Shown here: positions 24,701-36,612 of the stretch, piece by piece | Layout: every line of letters starts with the position of its first letter | Position numbering within the stretch: the stretch's first letter is position 1 | Source of the DNA: Octopus bimaculoides | Taxonomy: Eukaryota | NCBI RefSeq assembly: GCF_001194135.2 | Contig: NC_068983.1 | Coordinates: forward strand, 93,142,839 to 93,182,668 | DNA: 39,830 nucleotides | Reading direction: 5' to 3' | The notes under the pieces: generated by a model | What the model saw: only the letters and a program-made list of their open reading frames with translations | Told to the model about the DNA's origin: nothing | Databases searched by the model: none | Translations under genes and position numbers: made by a program

Positions 24701-25559
24701 CTTGGTTACTTTACCTTAAATGACTATAAACACAGTGAGAACTCTTACAAAGAACAAAGCAGCTTCAAGCATGACGCTTTGATAAAATGCACCCAATATA
24801 CTCTTTAAAAAAGCTAGCTTTAGAAATGAGTCCAGCCACAGAAACTATGCCAAAAACGAAATATGAATGTAGTGCAATCATTAACCTATCTAGAAGAGCA
24901 GTAGTTCCAAACAAGAACTGACTTGACAACCAATTCAACTAACTTAAGAAGTAAACCCTCTCACTTATTTTAACATAATGACAATGATTGACTAACAGAT
25001 GTTATCTCTCTGCTACTATTAAAATACTGGTAATGTTCTAACAGGCAACATAAGTTTTCTTTTTTTTTTTCTGTTTCAGTCTTCTTTTACACAACTACTA
25101 AGATTTATTAATGATCTCATCATCTACTTTGTTTTTAAGATACAACTTTCCATTCCTTGTTTTTACAATACATCTTTCCAACCCTTGAAGATACATCTTT
25201 CCATCCTGGCATAAATTAGACAAGTCTGTAACACATCACATTTCTAGTACATCAAATCACTTTATCCCAAGTCTTTAGTTTGTTTTCATATGACCCCACT
25301 TCTATTTCATCCAACATATTTTCCTCCATTTATATCACATAATATATGTAGAGAATCCTCTTTCCTGCAAACAGTGGGTAATGTCTTTATTACTCTTATC
25401 ACATTTCATGGATGGACTGTACCCATTCTCAAATGGTAGACTTTATCCATTTCCTGGTTTAATACTACCACCTGACACATGGGTACTTTTAGAGGAATCC
25501 ATTCTGTTTCAAGTGTTCAGTCAGGAATAACATGAGAGTTGAGGTATTTCCCCACTCAC

Positions 25560-25585
25560 CCACCCACCAGCTGACCTTAGAGGTC
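25560..25585 (-). CDS. Probable 26-nt micro-exon of the same discoidin-domain gene
   Basis: Acceptor tatttgttttgcag|, donor |gtgagt. Read phase 1 to 0 it gives (G)PLRSAGGW. Joined to 36613 it reads ARLGHASGPLRSAGGW, restoring the G-W motif that follows ARL in FA58C domains. Confidence 0.6.
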
Positions 25586-26489
25586 CTGCAAAACAAATAT
25601 GGGTAATATATGAGTAATACCAAGAAATATATAAATAAAATGCCTTATATATAAGTACATTGTATTTTCTTAAACTTCCTCAACCCTATTGAAAGTATAA
25701 TACAATCACTATAATGATAACCAGATGTTTGTCTCACAAGGAACCCATACTGAACTATATCAAGGTCAAAGATCCAAGAAATGAAGCACAGAAATCCAAG
25801 AAAAAACCCTTTAGATGCAATTTTTAAAAAACAAATTTCAAATTAGTATTGTTGGCATGATTTTATTTTAGCTTCTCATAAATACATAGTCCAAAAAGTG
25901 AACTTGACAGCAAAATGTTTTGCTCCTTTCGCTCTACTTTACCCGTTATTCCTTTACAACTCGGACTTCTTCAGCTACCCTCTTCTTGGTTTCACTGAGA
26001 GCAAGTTCATGTTTTTCATTGACCAAATTTTTCTAACTTTCTTGGCTGTCACATAATTCCGTGCACCACTATGTAGCATTTTCTCAAGAGCATCAATTTG
26101 CTTTTAACCTTTTAGTAAAAATTTCCATTTTTTAAATTTATTCTCTACATTCAAGTTATTAGAAACCTCTCCAATTCTTCTGGTTAGGTAAATTTTCTGA
26201 TATTCTGTTTTGCTTTAAATTTCTTAAGAAACATTTTTTTTTATAAATTGATATACTATCCTGCAATAATATCTAATATCTGATGCTTCTATCTTTCTAT
26301 TCACAAATTTAATGTGGTGTAAAAGCTGACCTTTACATATCCCTCACGAAAAATTTCTATTTCTCCCTTCTTGAATTTATTATAAGTTTATTCCCTATTA
26401 AGATATGTTGTTGATCCCTCTCCCTATCTTTCATTAGATACTACACACAAAATTTTAAAAAACTTGGTTGATTTCATTTTCTGAAATTA

Positions 26490-26660
26490 GCAGGCATGGC
26501 TGTGTGGTAAGAAGTTTGTTTCTCAACCATGGGATTCTGGATCCAATTCCACTGCATGGCGCCTGGGGCAAATGTCTTCTACTAAAGCCCTGAACCAACC
26601 AAACCCTTGTGAGTAGATTTGATAGCGGGAAACTGAAAGGAGTATATTGTATATATGGAC
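26490..26660 (+). mobile_element. tRNA-derived SINE (type C)
   Basis: gcaggcatggctgtgtggtaagaagtttg (A box), ggatccaattcc (B box), ggggcaaatgtcttctact (CORE-like), gatttgatagcgggaaactgaaagg. Confidence 0.8.
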
Positions 26661-26959
26661 CATTCCACAGTATTTTGTTTACACAAAATTTGCTGGACAG
26701 AAATAGAAAAAACTTTAACTGGTTAAAAATACTGAGACATGGACTCATCACAAATACTGAAAACCCAAATCTGCTTCAGAGAAACAGCAGTGTTACTTGT
26801 CCAATAAATGATTTCCCCCTCCACAATATTTTAAGGCCTTTAAGTCTTGTTAGTTCTCACACAAATGGCCTATTGAGAACTTCTGTTTTTAGGCTAGAGC
26901 TACTCAATAATATTTTCAAAATGGCTAGATGTTTTTCGTTCTGTCCAAAGTACATAAGT

Positions 26960-27760
26960 ATTTTCTTTTTTTTTTTTGCTGTGGAGAGGAAGTCTGTTGT
27001 AGAAAAAGTGTGAAGTCCTCATGCAAACAGTCTGCAGTCTTGAACAGATACATTGTGTAGATAGAGAATGTCCAAAATGTGGAGTTACTGAGCCAGTAGA
27101 TGAAGTGTTTGCTGATGCTAATGATGATTTCATGGTATTTCATTATCAGTAGGTGATTGGCAAAGATAAGCAACTGAGAAAGCTGTTGCAGGAATGCACA
27201 ATTGCTGAGGCAAAAGAAGATCTTGTGGAGCAACCACAGCCAATTAGCAGACACATTTACAACATTAAGTGGCAGTTTGCAGAGCTTGAGTTCCTAAAAG
27301 AAAACCTGAAAACTGGTGAAGTAATCATACAAGATTTTTCAGAAAATTTTCAACAGAAGCACCAGAAATAAGTGATGGCAGCTCACTGGTCCAGCGACAT
27401 GGTCACTCTCTTCACTGCCATGGCTTGCTTCAAGGGTGAAGAAGGTGAACTTGAGTATGCATCACATGTAGTTGTTTCTGATGAAATGAAGTATGAAAAG
27501 CTCAGTGTCTATGCTTTCAACACAGCCATTATCAATGAGGCTAAGCAGTTAAATTAGGTCTACAAAATACACTACTGATGGTGCTGGCTCTCACTTCAAA
27601 AACAAGTACACCCTGGCGAACTTACTTTACCATGAGCATGACTTTGGTGCAGAAGCTTCATGGTCATTTTTTGAGTCAAGAGTGCAGTTTGGCAATCTAT
27701 TTTGCAAAATAAAGAGGTTGTGACAAATGCAAAAGACTTCTATTGTGTGACCAAGAAAGT
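26960..27760 (+). mobile_element. Decayed DDE transposase, probably Sola-type
   Basis: CxxxxCPKCG remnant, RHIYNIKWQF, IIQDFSENFQQKHQK*VMAAHW..VTLFT, VVSDEMKYEK, TDGAGSHFKNKYTLANL..HEHDFGAEASWSFFES, VTNAKDFY, with stops and frameshifts. The transposase call is solid; the superfamily is from memory. Confidence 0.7.
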
Positions 27761-28184
27761 GCACAAAATTTTTTTCAAGCAGACCTTTGTCCCAAGTGTG
27801 TTTTTTAAGGATATTTTTAAATATTCTGGCTTAAAAGACAAAACTTATACCCCTTTGATTAGCAATTTGATGATGAGTGATTTTTATAAACAGTCAGACT
27901 TTGTATACAATTCCATATTTATTATATATAATTATTCAAAATTTTTATATTTAATAACTTGCATTTTTAGATTAACTTTAACAAAATTGAAAAGGAGCTA
28001 GAGTGTATGATACATGTATTTGGTCAGTATAATAACTCCATGTGCACAATAAGTTTAGACTGAGTGTTCTTAAATAATTATTTATAATATTTTCATTAAT
28101 TTATGCTCATCTGTATATATTTATTTTCTAGATTCCCATTTTAAAGCTAAATGTAGATTTACTCCCAACTGTGTGGAAATTTAC

Positions 28185-28341
28185 GAAAACATGGCACAGT
28201 TGAAACGAATTTGGAAATTAAAGTATATTGTTGATACACTGGCATTATAGATGTTTAATTTATAAGAAGTTATTGAAGTGGAAACATTTTCCCCTCCGCA
28301 ACAGTATGCTGTTCGACAAAGTGCTGCCCCACTTAAAAAAC
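28185..28341 (-). CDS. Candidate exon, product unknown
   Basis: Strong acceptor ctctttctttcag|, open phase-1 frame GFLSGAALCRTAYCCGGENVSTSITSYKLNIYNASVSTIYFNFQIRFNCAMFS, possible donor TC|gtaaat, locally GC-richer. Plus-strand frames are also open here, so strand is not certain. Confidence 0.3.
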
Positions 28342-28722
28342 CTGAAAGAAAGAGATTTCTTTCTCTTCTCTTTTTGACAAACATAGAATATTGTAATTCA
28401 GCATTCAATTAGTTTTTGTATATTGCTTCAAGATTCAGAGAATTTTGAAAGTGAAATTAAAGCTTTAGAGAAAGGATATTTTCTGTTCCCCTCTGCAACA
28501 GCACATGTTTTGTTCTACAGCATCACAAGATTGTCATGAAAAAGTCACACAGTAGCACAGGTGACTTTGTAAAAAACTAGAAGCTTCACTGCCCAGACAG
28601 ACTCAAATGTCAAAATGTTAAGAAATTATTATGAGAAAAGCACTTCTGAACCATATATACTCTTACTCTTTTCTCTTTTACTTGTTTCAGTCATTTGACT
28701 GTGGCCATGCTGGAGCACTGCA

Positions 28723-29984
28723 CAGGGTGCTGTGAATAAATTGTCTAAATTATGCTAAAATTAAAATAACACTGACATCTTATTTTAACAGATATATTTG
28801 CCAAAATTACATAAAAATATCTTAAAATACTAAAGAGTAAATTTATTTAATAAAATTGCCATTGGCTTCAACCACGGCCTCTGCATGACTTTGGAATCTC
28901 CTACAACCATTCTGGACAGTCTCCTTGTTTAAGTTATTGAATGCTGCCATAATCCTTGCCTTCAGTTTATCTTTGGTGTTACAAGGAATTTTATTGGTCT
29001 CTCACTCAACTGTGCCCCACACATAATAATCAAGGGGATTGTAGTCTGGGGAATTAGGTGGCCAGATGTTAGGGGTGGTGTGGTTGCGAAAATTGTCTGA
29101 CAGCCATGACAGGGTTCGCCTGCTTGTGTGGTATGGTGTAGAGTCTCGTTGCCAGACATAGGGTCTTCCAGCAGCCACCGTCTTCATCCAGGCACTTGAT
29201 GTAGGTCTCCATGTTGAGCCTGAGGTTGTGTGGGAAGATGAATGGAGGCATAATGCTGCCATCACTAGTAATCACTTCAAACACCATGATGTTTGATTTT
29301 GTTCACTCTTGGTACATGTTTTGGGGACACAAGACAACAGTTGTTCAGTGTGCTCACCATTTCACCTAGCAGAAATTTTTCTCATCTAAGAAAAACCAAA
29401 GCATGTTCAGTTGGAGGGGATGCTTGAGTATGTTCAAAAGCTTCGTAGCACTGTCTCCTCTTGTCCTTGATGGCTTGGGATAAAAATTGGTCCTTTCTCA
29501 TCTTGTATGAGGAATACCAAATGTCTTCATGCATTACCTGCCTGATAAGAAATTCAGACACTCTCATGTCTTTGGCAATGGACCTGACTGACTTGGAGGG
29601 ATCGTTGTCAATCATGGCTTGGATCCCACCAACAAATTCAGGAGTTCTTTTCTTATCAGAACAATCAGAGTGAGTTTTCTGAGCTGCTGTATCTTTGTAA
29701 TCACCATTAGATTCATCCAACTATTTCTGAATCCTCTGCACTGTCCTCAGATTGACACCCAAACACTCTCAAATGTTCATATTGGAACTCCTGGTATGAA
29801 TGCTAAGCAGTACAGCATGTCATTTCCAAATTTCTGGCAGAGTGGATTGCATCATGGTACTATTTTTCTCACAGACGGTGCCCAACTGACCCTACTATAC
29901 TGTGTAGTCAACAAAATCAAAAACAAACAATACATATGCAAAAAATTAAAGACATAAAATGGCGACAATTTACCCATCGCACCC
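28723..29984 (-). mobile_element. Tc1/mariner DD37D (maT-type) element, decayed, right end lost in the gap
   Basis: TIRs cagggtgctgtgaataaattgtc (28723) and gacaatttacccatcgcaccc (to 29984). HTH remnant DNDPSKSVRSIAKDMRVSEFLIRQ. Catalytic QRD...WPPNSPDYNPLD has 37 residues between the last two Asp (counted). A type-SINE fragment abuts at 28660-28720. Confidence 0.9.
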
Positions 29985-30104
29985 NNNNNNNNNNNNNNNN
30001 NNNNNNNNNNNNNNNNNNNNNNNNNNNNNNNNNNNNNNNNNNNNNNNNNNNNNNNNNNNNNNNNNNNNNNNNNNNNNNNNNNNNNNNNNNNNNNNNNNNN
30101 NNNN
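29985..30104. other. Assembly gap (120 N) followed by AT/TG microsatellite to about 30250
   Basis: Directly visible. Confidence 0.99.
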
Positions 30105-30249
30105 TATATATATTATATATATTTATATATATATCTACATATATATATATATATATATTATATATATTTATATATATATCTACATATATATATGTAGATA
30201 TACATATGTGTGTGTATGTATATATGCGTGTGTATGTATATATGTGTGT

Positions 30250-30495
30250 GTGAGTGTGTCTTTTTGTTATTGTCTCCTTGCTATGACATTGTGTGATAGC
30301 AGGTGGTATCCTTCATTGCTAGTCTCCAATGAAAAACATGTCTGGTCACAGAGAACTGTTACCTTCCATACAAGCTAGTGAAGGTTGGCAGCAAGAAGGA
30401 TTTCTGACTGTAGAAAACCTGCCTCAACAAATAGTCCATCCGACGTATGTGAGTATGGAAAAGTGAACATTAAAATGATGTTGATGATGATGATA
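30250..30495 (+). mobile_element. SINE with RTE-like tail, degraded
   Basis: aaggttggcagcaagaaggatttctgactgtagaaaacctgcctc...gtatggaaaagtgaacattaaaatgatg(atg)n. Confidence 0.65.
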
Positions 30496-30838
30496 ATGTC
30501 AGGATAAAATATTTGCTTTACACTAGAGTCAAATGCCGACATTAATCTGGTCACAACCATATCTACCATGCTCATTTGAATAGTCATCATAGAGTTATAT
30601 CGTCACTGTGATGATAAAAATATTTCTATCACCATTATTATCATATTTCTATCATATTATCATATTTTTATCATCATTATCTGACAGCTTCACTCTTGAA
30701 ACATGTATATACCCAAACTACATTAACTAGTAGCTCTTTAGACTGTCAATAATAGTTCAACATAAATAATGACCCTTTTAACTGATGAATCTTTATCTCC
30801 ATTTTTATATGCAACAAACTATAATATTATTGCTATAC

Positions 30839-32040
30839 TACCATAAAAACCCATGTAATTTGCACACGTGTTTAATTTACACAGAAGATTTTCAAGATAA
30901 AATTTGTTAAAAAAAAGTTTCTACTCCTGTAAAATTCACGCCCATAAGTTTTCAGAATTGTCAATATAGCCAGAGGAAAAAGGTTTTCAATTTAGATGTA
31001 TTTAGCATAAGTTCGCTTATGATTAGATTTTATTAAATTTGCATGAAATTAAAATAATTTCTGTTTATCAGGGATCACATTGAAAGCTATTAAATTACAA
31101 AGTGTTTGTGATGTTTATAATAAACTTTATTTTACATTTCTTGCTCACAAGAGATTATTTCCTATCTTTAGCATACCACAGTATGTTTTCTCAAATCACA
31201 ATCACAGGAAAAGTTGTTGCAAATTAAGTTTAATTACCAATAAACATCAGCTTGGATGACAGTTTACTCAACTGACAAAGGAAAGTGACTGATCCAACTG
31301 ATTATGTATATAGAATTCTTTTCTGCCTATTCTTGTCAGAACCTTTGATACAGAGTATTGAAATATTAATCCCTTTCACACTTACAAAATGTCAAGCAAA
31401 ACTTAAATATTTGTCATTACCGTTATTGTCAGTATGGGCAGAACTTATGAATCGTTTACTGTGAAGGAGAAATTAAATATGTTGGATATGCATTTGAACA
31501 TGGCAACAGAGCTGCCAGAAGGCATTTTAATGTTAATAAAGCCCATGTTTGAAATTGGCATAAACAGTATGACAAACTTAAAAACTGTGCTTAGTAATAA
31601 ACAGACAAAAATAAAAACATACAATCAAGATTATCCATATCATTACATTTTTTCAGTCAGGAATATCCATATCACTATGTATGTCAGTGGTGCTCTATTG
31701 CGATAGGTAGAAACTCCAAGCAATGTAAAATATGGCCCAGAGTGTGTTTACCAGCATGAATGTCAGACTTCAAAAATTAGTTAACCATTTAATGGCTTTA
31801 GTAAATTTATACAGAAAAAGTAAGCATCATACCGTCCAGCATAAATAAAAGTCAACTTCATTATATTTAAGTCATTATTTTTCAGTAAAACCTGTTCTGA
31901 CATTAAATGAGTCAACTTCTGGTATGAATGTTTACGTTTTGTACATCTATTTTCAACAAAAAAGATTCTGGAAACGAATTTTACTCATGTAATTTACGCA
32001 CCCATCAAAGTCTATTTTTATTTTTGCGGTCTTTACGGTA
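30839..32040 (+). mobile_element. Non-autonomous pogo-like element with Brinker-type DNA-binding-domain remnant
   Basis: Ends TA-ccataaaa and tttacgg-TA. Subterminal motif catgtaattt.c.cac occurs near both ends. 31434 onward reads MGRTYESFTVKEKLNML / YAFEHGNRAARRHFNVNKAHV*NWHKQ across one frameshift. No DDE domain seen. Confidence 0.75.
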
Positions 32041-32127
32041 TTTCCCTGGCTAGAGAATATATCTGATTGATAATAATTTTGATTAATTGTAAACTGACAT
32101 GAAGAATATTGGGATTACAATCTACAT

Positions 32128-32495
32128 CAGTGGTTCTCAACTAGGGTCCATATGACCCCTGAGAGTTCGCATAAGATTTTTGGGGGGTCCATGCAAGCAA
32201 GTATTTCAGTAGCCCATGAAAAATTTGTTTTAGGTGTATTTATTGCAAGAAACAGCTAGGTTTCTTTAATGTTTTATATAGTTCAACATGTTTCTAGCTA
32301 CTGAAACATGTTCTCTCAGAGAGTTCTATGGCAAATCTACACAAGTGAATGAGTGAAAAACAAAACAGGTATTTTGAAAGAAGTATCTATAAAACTAGGT
32401 TTTAAACATCAAATGACTTTGGGGGTCCACGAGAATAAAGTAGTAATCAAAGGGGTCCATAGGCAAAAGAAAAAAGAAAGGTAAAAAACCACCTA
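32128..32495. mobile_element. hAT (Charlie-like) MITE with 8-bp target site duplication
   Basis: Left end cagtggttctcaac, degenerate right end ggtaaaaaaccacct, flanked by atctacat (32120-32127) and atctacgt (32496-32503). Internal ggggtcca repeats. Confidence 0.8.
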
Positions 32496-33362
32496 ATCTA
32501 CGTAGTAACATGTCAGCTTGGAGAATACATTGTTGTTCCACACATCAAGTGATTTCAACATGCTTAAAACATTCAATAGAGGCAATGCATGAGCAGCGAT
32601 AAGAGAAACATTGTCCTTTTTTATTAAAAAGCAAGATCATAAAGGAAGGCAAAATTGAAGAGGAAATTGTGTTTTTGTAAGTATAAGCTGACATAAATCA
32701 GGATTTAATGATCACTGCAATTACTGATTTTCTATAATATACTAGATAAGTCTTAATGCTTTAGCAGAGACTGAAATATATAAACTTTAATAGCTTTAAT
32801 TGTTTTTATCTTTTTGTATTTATCAATTAATTCTAACAGAAGAATCTGTTGTTTTTATAGTGAAATATTTTAAAGAGATATATTATTGAAGATCAGGTGA
32901 AGAGAAAACAAAGAAATACACATAGAAAAAGATTTGAAATTTTAATATCAAATGACAAATTTCCAAATAAAGCAAATTAACACTACAGTTATTATATCTT
33001 AGAAAACGTAGAAGTCATGGTGATTGTACGAAAACTTCATTAGATGTATATCAGAGTTTGAAGTTTAAAAAAAAAGAAAGAAATATACCCACTTTTTTTC
33101 TTGAATTCTTAGATAAAATGTTAATAGGAAATGTCAAAAGCTTCACAGCAATTGTTTTAACATTTCTCAATGCTATAAAAACCCACAGAACTTATGTTGT
33201 CTCACCAAAACAAGAACTTTGATGCTGTTATATTTCAAGATTTTGGCTGAGAGCCATTCACAAGAAAATATGATGCTTTCACTATGTTCAGAAACTACAG
33301 AGATATAACAAAGAGTTTTTGAAATTTTTATTTGTGGTTAGAGACATTATTTTATATTACAA

Positions 33363-33397
<35 letters not shown>

Positions 33398-34057
33398 CAT
33401 ACATACATACATATGTTCGTACATATGTATGTATGTACATATGATATATGTAAATAATTTGCAATTCTCATAAAAAAGGGAAAAAAATATCTAAATTCAT
33501 TTCCTTCAGGAATATGTAGTAGACAATAGAGAATGCTGGGTAAAATTTGTTGTTGATCTTCTGAGAAATCAATACTGCAGTGAAGCAGAAGAAACATAAA
33601 TGTGACAAATAAGATTTCCTTTTAGTTACTGAACAAAAACATAACACTAGTTATAAAATAACATTACAGTTAAAGAGAATTTTCCAAGTGACATTAAGAT
33701 CATGTATCTTAAACATGCACATATATGTGCCCTGAACCATATTGCTGGGTGATGGTGGTGAACAATACACCTGTTATTTAATAATCAATAAGTATGATTG
33801 TGTTTATATTAAAATACACACAAAACATTCATGCCATGTGGTTGATTTCTGCAAGAGAATTTGTCATTACTTACAACTTTTCTTTTAATAGTTTTATGTA
33901 TGTGCATGTATATGTAAATATATACTGATTAATGTTTTCCTTTAGAAAGAAAAAGGTATATAGTTAATATGTATTTTTATTAGCTTCAGATCTTTTTCAC
34001 AAAATAACTTCAAATGGCACCCTTAAATAGCATATAAATATATACAACAAAACAAAT

Positions 34058-34092
<35 letters not shown>

Positions 34093-34229
34093 GCGCGCGA
34101 ATAAATAAATGTGTATGTGCTATGGATACATAAGAGGCGTGGAGGTGCAATGGAATCACAGGAAGGCTAACAGAGAAAGTAGACTGCTTGCTGCACATGT
34201 ACCAGAGTAATAAATACTAAGTACACACG

Positions 34230-34560
34230 ATAAAAACATTCTCCCAAATGCCAAAGAGGTTCCCTAGAGGTAGTTGATAGTTTCTGTCACCTTGGTAACC
34301 TAATCAGCAGTGGAAGAGGATGTGCTGATAGTTGCTAGTATAAATGAAGGATGGAAAAAGTTCAAGGAGTTATCTCTGTTGGTAACAAAAGATCTCTCCC
34401 TTTAAGTGAAAGGCAGATTGTTTAAAGAAGTACTAATGGAAGAGGGAGACTCAGAAAGACATGGAATGAAGTAGTGAAGGCTGATCTCAAGATGTTGAAT
34501 CTCACAGTAGAGATAAGAAAGGACTGAAATGATTGGTAATTCACTGTGCTTGATAAGACC
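34230..34560 (+). mobile_element. RTE LINE fragment with internal deletion
   Basis: LEVVDSFCHLGNLISSG, GWKKFKEL, KGRLF, then RGRLRKTWNEVVKADLKMLNLT. Confidence 0.8.
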
Positions 34561-35029
34561 CAAACACCAAAGTAAAAGTGGTTCACTAAAAGTATTAGGT
34601 TTATGTCTGTGCACACACCAGACCCTAATCTATCCCTGTCAAGCTTTTTCTACCTTTCATCTTCCTAACAAACATCCCTCCATCTCTCCTCTAATGAATG
34701 ACACAATTCAGCTGTTGTAATCACATGACAGCAGAATATTCACATATTTCTCCTCCTTTTTTGCTACAGGCTAGCTCCTTCTCTCCCAGGAACCAATTCC
34801 TTTAACATCCATCTCTCATTTTCTATATCATCCCTTACCACTTCATTTTTCACTGCTCACTTCTTTATGTGTCTCTAGGTATCTCTCCCTCTCCTCTGAA
34901 CTATATCATAGAACTGCCTTACTTCATCTCCAACATCTTGTATCTGCTGTTTGCTCAACACTCTCCCATATGCTGTCAATGCTCTCCCCACCTTTGTCTA
35001 TCTTCAAAAATGCAAGTGTCAAGAAAAAA

Positions 35030-35180
35030 AGCACTCAGTTAAAGGGTGTTATTAGGAAGGGCATCCAATCATAGAAACCACATCAAAGCAGATATGGAAG
35101 CTCAATACAACCCTCCAGCTTGTTGGGTTATGTCAAACTGTCCAATCCATACGAGCAGGGAAAATGGACATCAAATGAGT
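35030..35180 (+). mobile_element. Type B SINE tail
   Basis: gttattaggaagggcatccaatcatagaaacc...ctgtccaatccatacgagcagggaaaatggacatcaaatga. Confidence 0.7.
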
Positions 35181-35244
35181 TCATACACACACACACACAA
35201 AAAGAAAAGCTTTGAACAGTTTCTATTTACAAAATTCACACACG

Positions 35245-35300
<56 letters not shown>

Positions 35301-35816
35301 GTATATATATATGTATATATATATATATACATACCTTTTCTTTTATCTTTTACTCGTTTTAGTTATTAGACTACAGCCATGTTGTGACACACACACATAC
35401 ATGCAGGGCCATCACTTGGATATTTGGCCACCAAGGCCAGCTGTACAATTTGCATCCCATTCTCCTAGTCCTACAATTTACTTTCTACAGAAATCACCCA
35501 CTTTCAGACCAAATGGAAAAAAAAAAAATGCTGTAAAATTATAATTAACTTGCAAACAAGCTAATTATAAATCTGTTTTCTAGCAAAACTGAAAAGCTTC
35601 CTGCTAAATTAAGCGACATGGCCCTCCTGTGTAATCCACTAACCTATCTCAGCCCTCTATTCCAGGAGTAACCTTACCTTCTCTCTTTACTACTTAGGTT
35701 TCATGCTTTAAGTTGGATTAAGAAATTTTTTGGAAGTTGTTCAGAGTTTACATGGTACCCTCAAATTTTAGTGCCTTAAATGATCACTTATTTTGTCTAG
35801 TATTTAATGGTAGTCC

Positions 35817-35869
<53 letters not shown>

Positions 35870-36612
35870 TTACATTGCATTCTTTTATGTTGTGAAGTTT
35901 AGTGATGCAAGAAATAGGGATCAATGAAGTAGCAGACTGCCATACATATATAGTAAATATGATTCACTATATATGTATAACAGTTATAAATATCTAATTT
36001 TAATGTAAAGGGTTGCTAAATAATTTGTTATTAATATATTATTAACACACAGTACCTCTGATTACAGAATAATATTGACAATTTTATTCATTAAAAGTTT
36101 CTGATGTATCTTGGAATGCTTTTTCTAATGGAAGTTGTGCAGCTTCCAAGTTACAAATACTATCAGTACACAAATTCAGCTCTAGGACAAAAAAATGATG
36201 TCCAGGAACTAATGACTTGTAAATACATGTAGAACTATCTATATGTTATCAACTTAGCTGTATTCAGTTTACTGTTCATGTAGAAGTAACATTACAGGTA
36301 AAAATCAACAAAAGTTAAAAACCACATTCACAATGTACACCAAGGGACATTGTGCCATATCACAAGTTTCATCCTAATTCATGCAATAATTATATTTTCA
36401 TAATTTTATATGATACTAACTGCATTTTATCTAGTTTCGAACGGGTTTAGGAAATTTATATAGAGAAAGCACTACAGGAATTCAAGAATTTAAACTAATC
36501 TTTGAATCACAAAATGGAAACAATGTGTTTTAAATGAATAAAATTTGTGATTTTGATTTAATATTATATTGATGGGGAAAAACACTACAGAAAGTAATTG
36601 GGCTGTACTTAC

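Larger units (their letters stand above)
33361..35870. repeat. Scattered microsatellites: (TA)n/(TACA)n near 33365-33445, (CA)n(CG)n 34058-34098, (TA)n 35247-35330, (TG)n 35822-35870
   Basis: Directly visible; the span includes non-repeat sequence between them. Confidence 0.9.
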
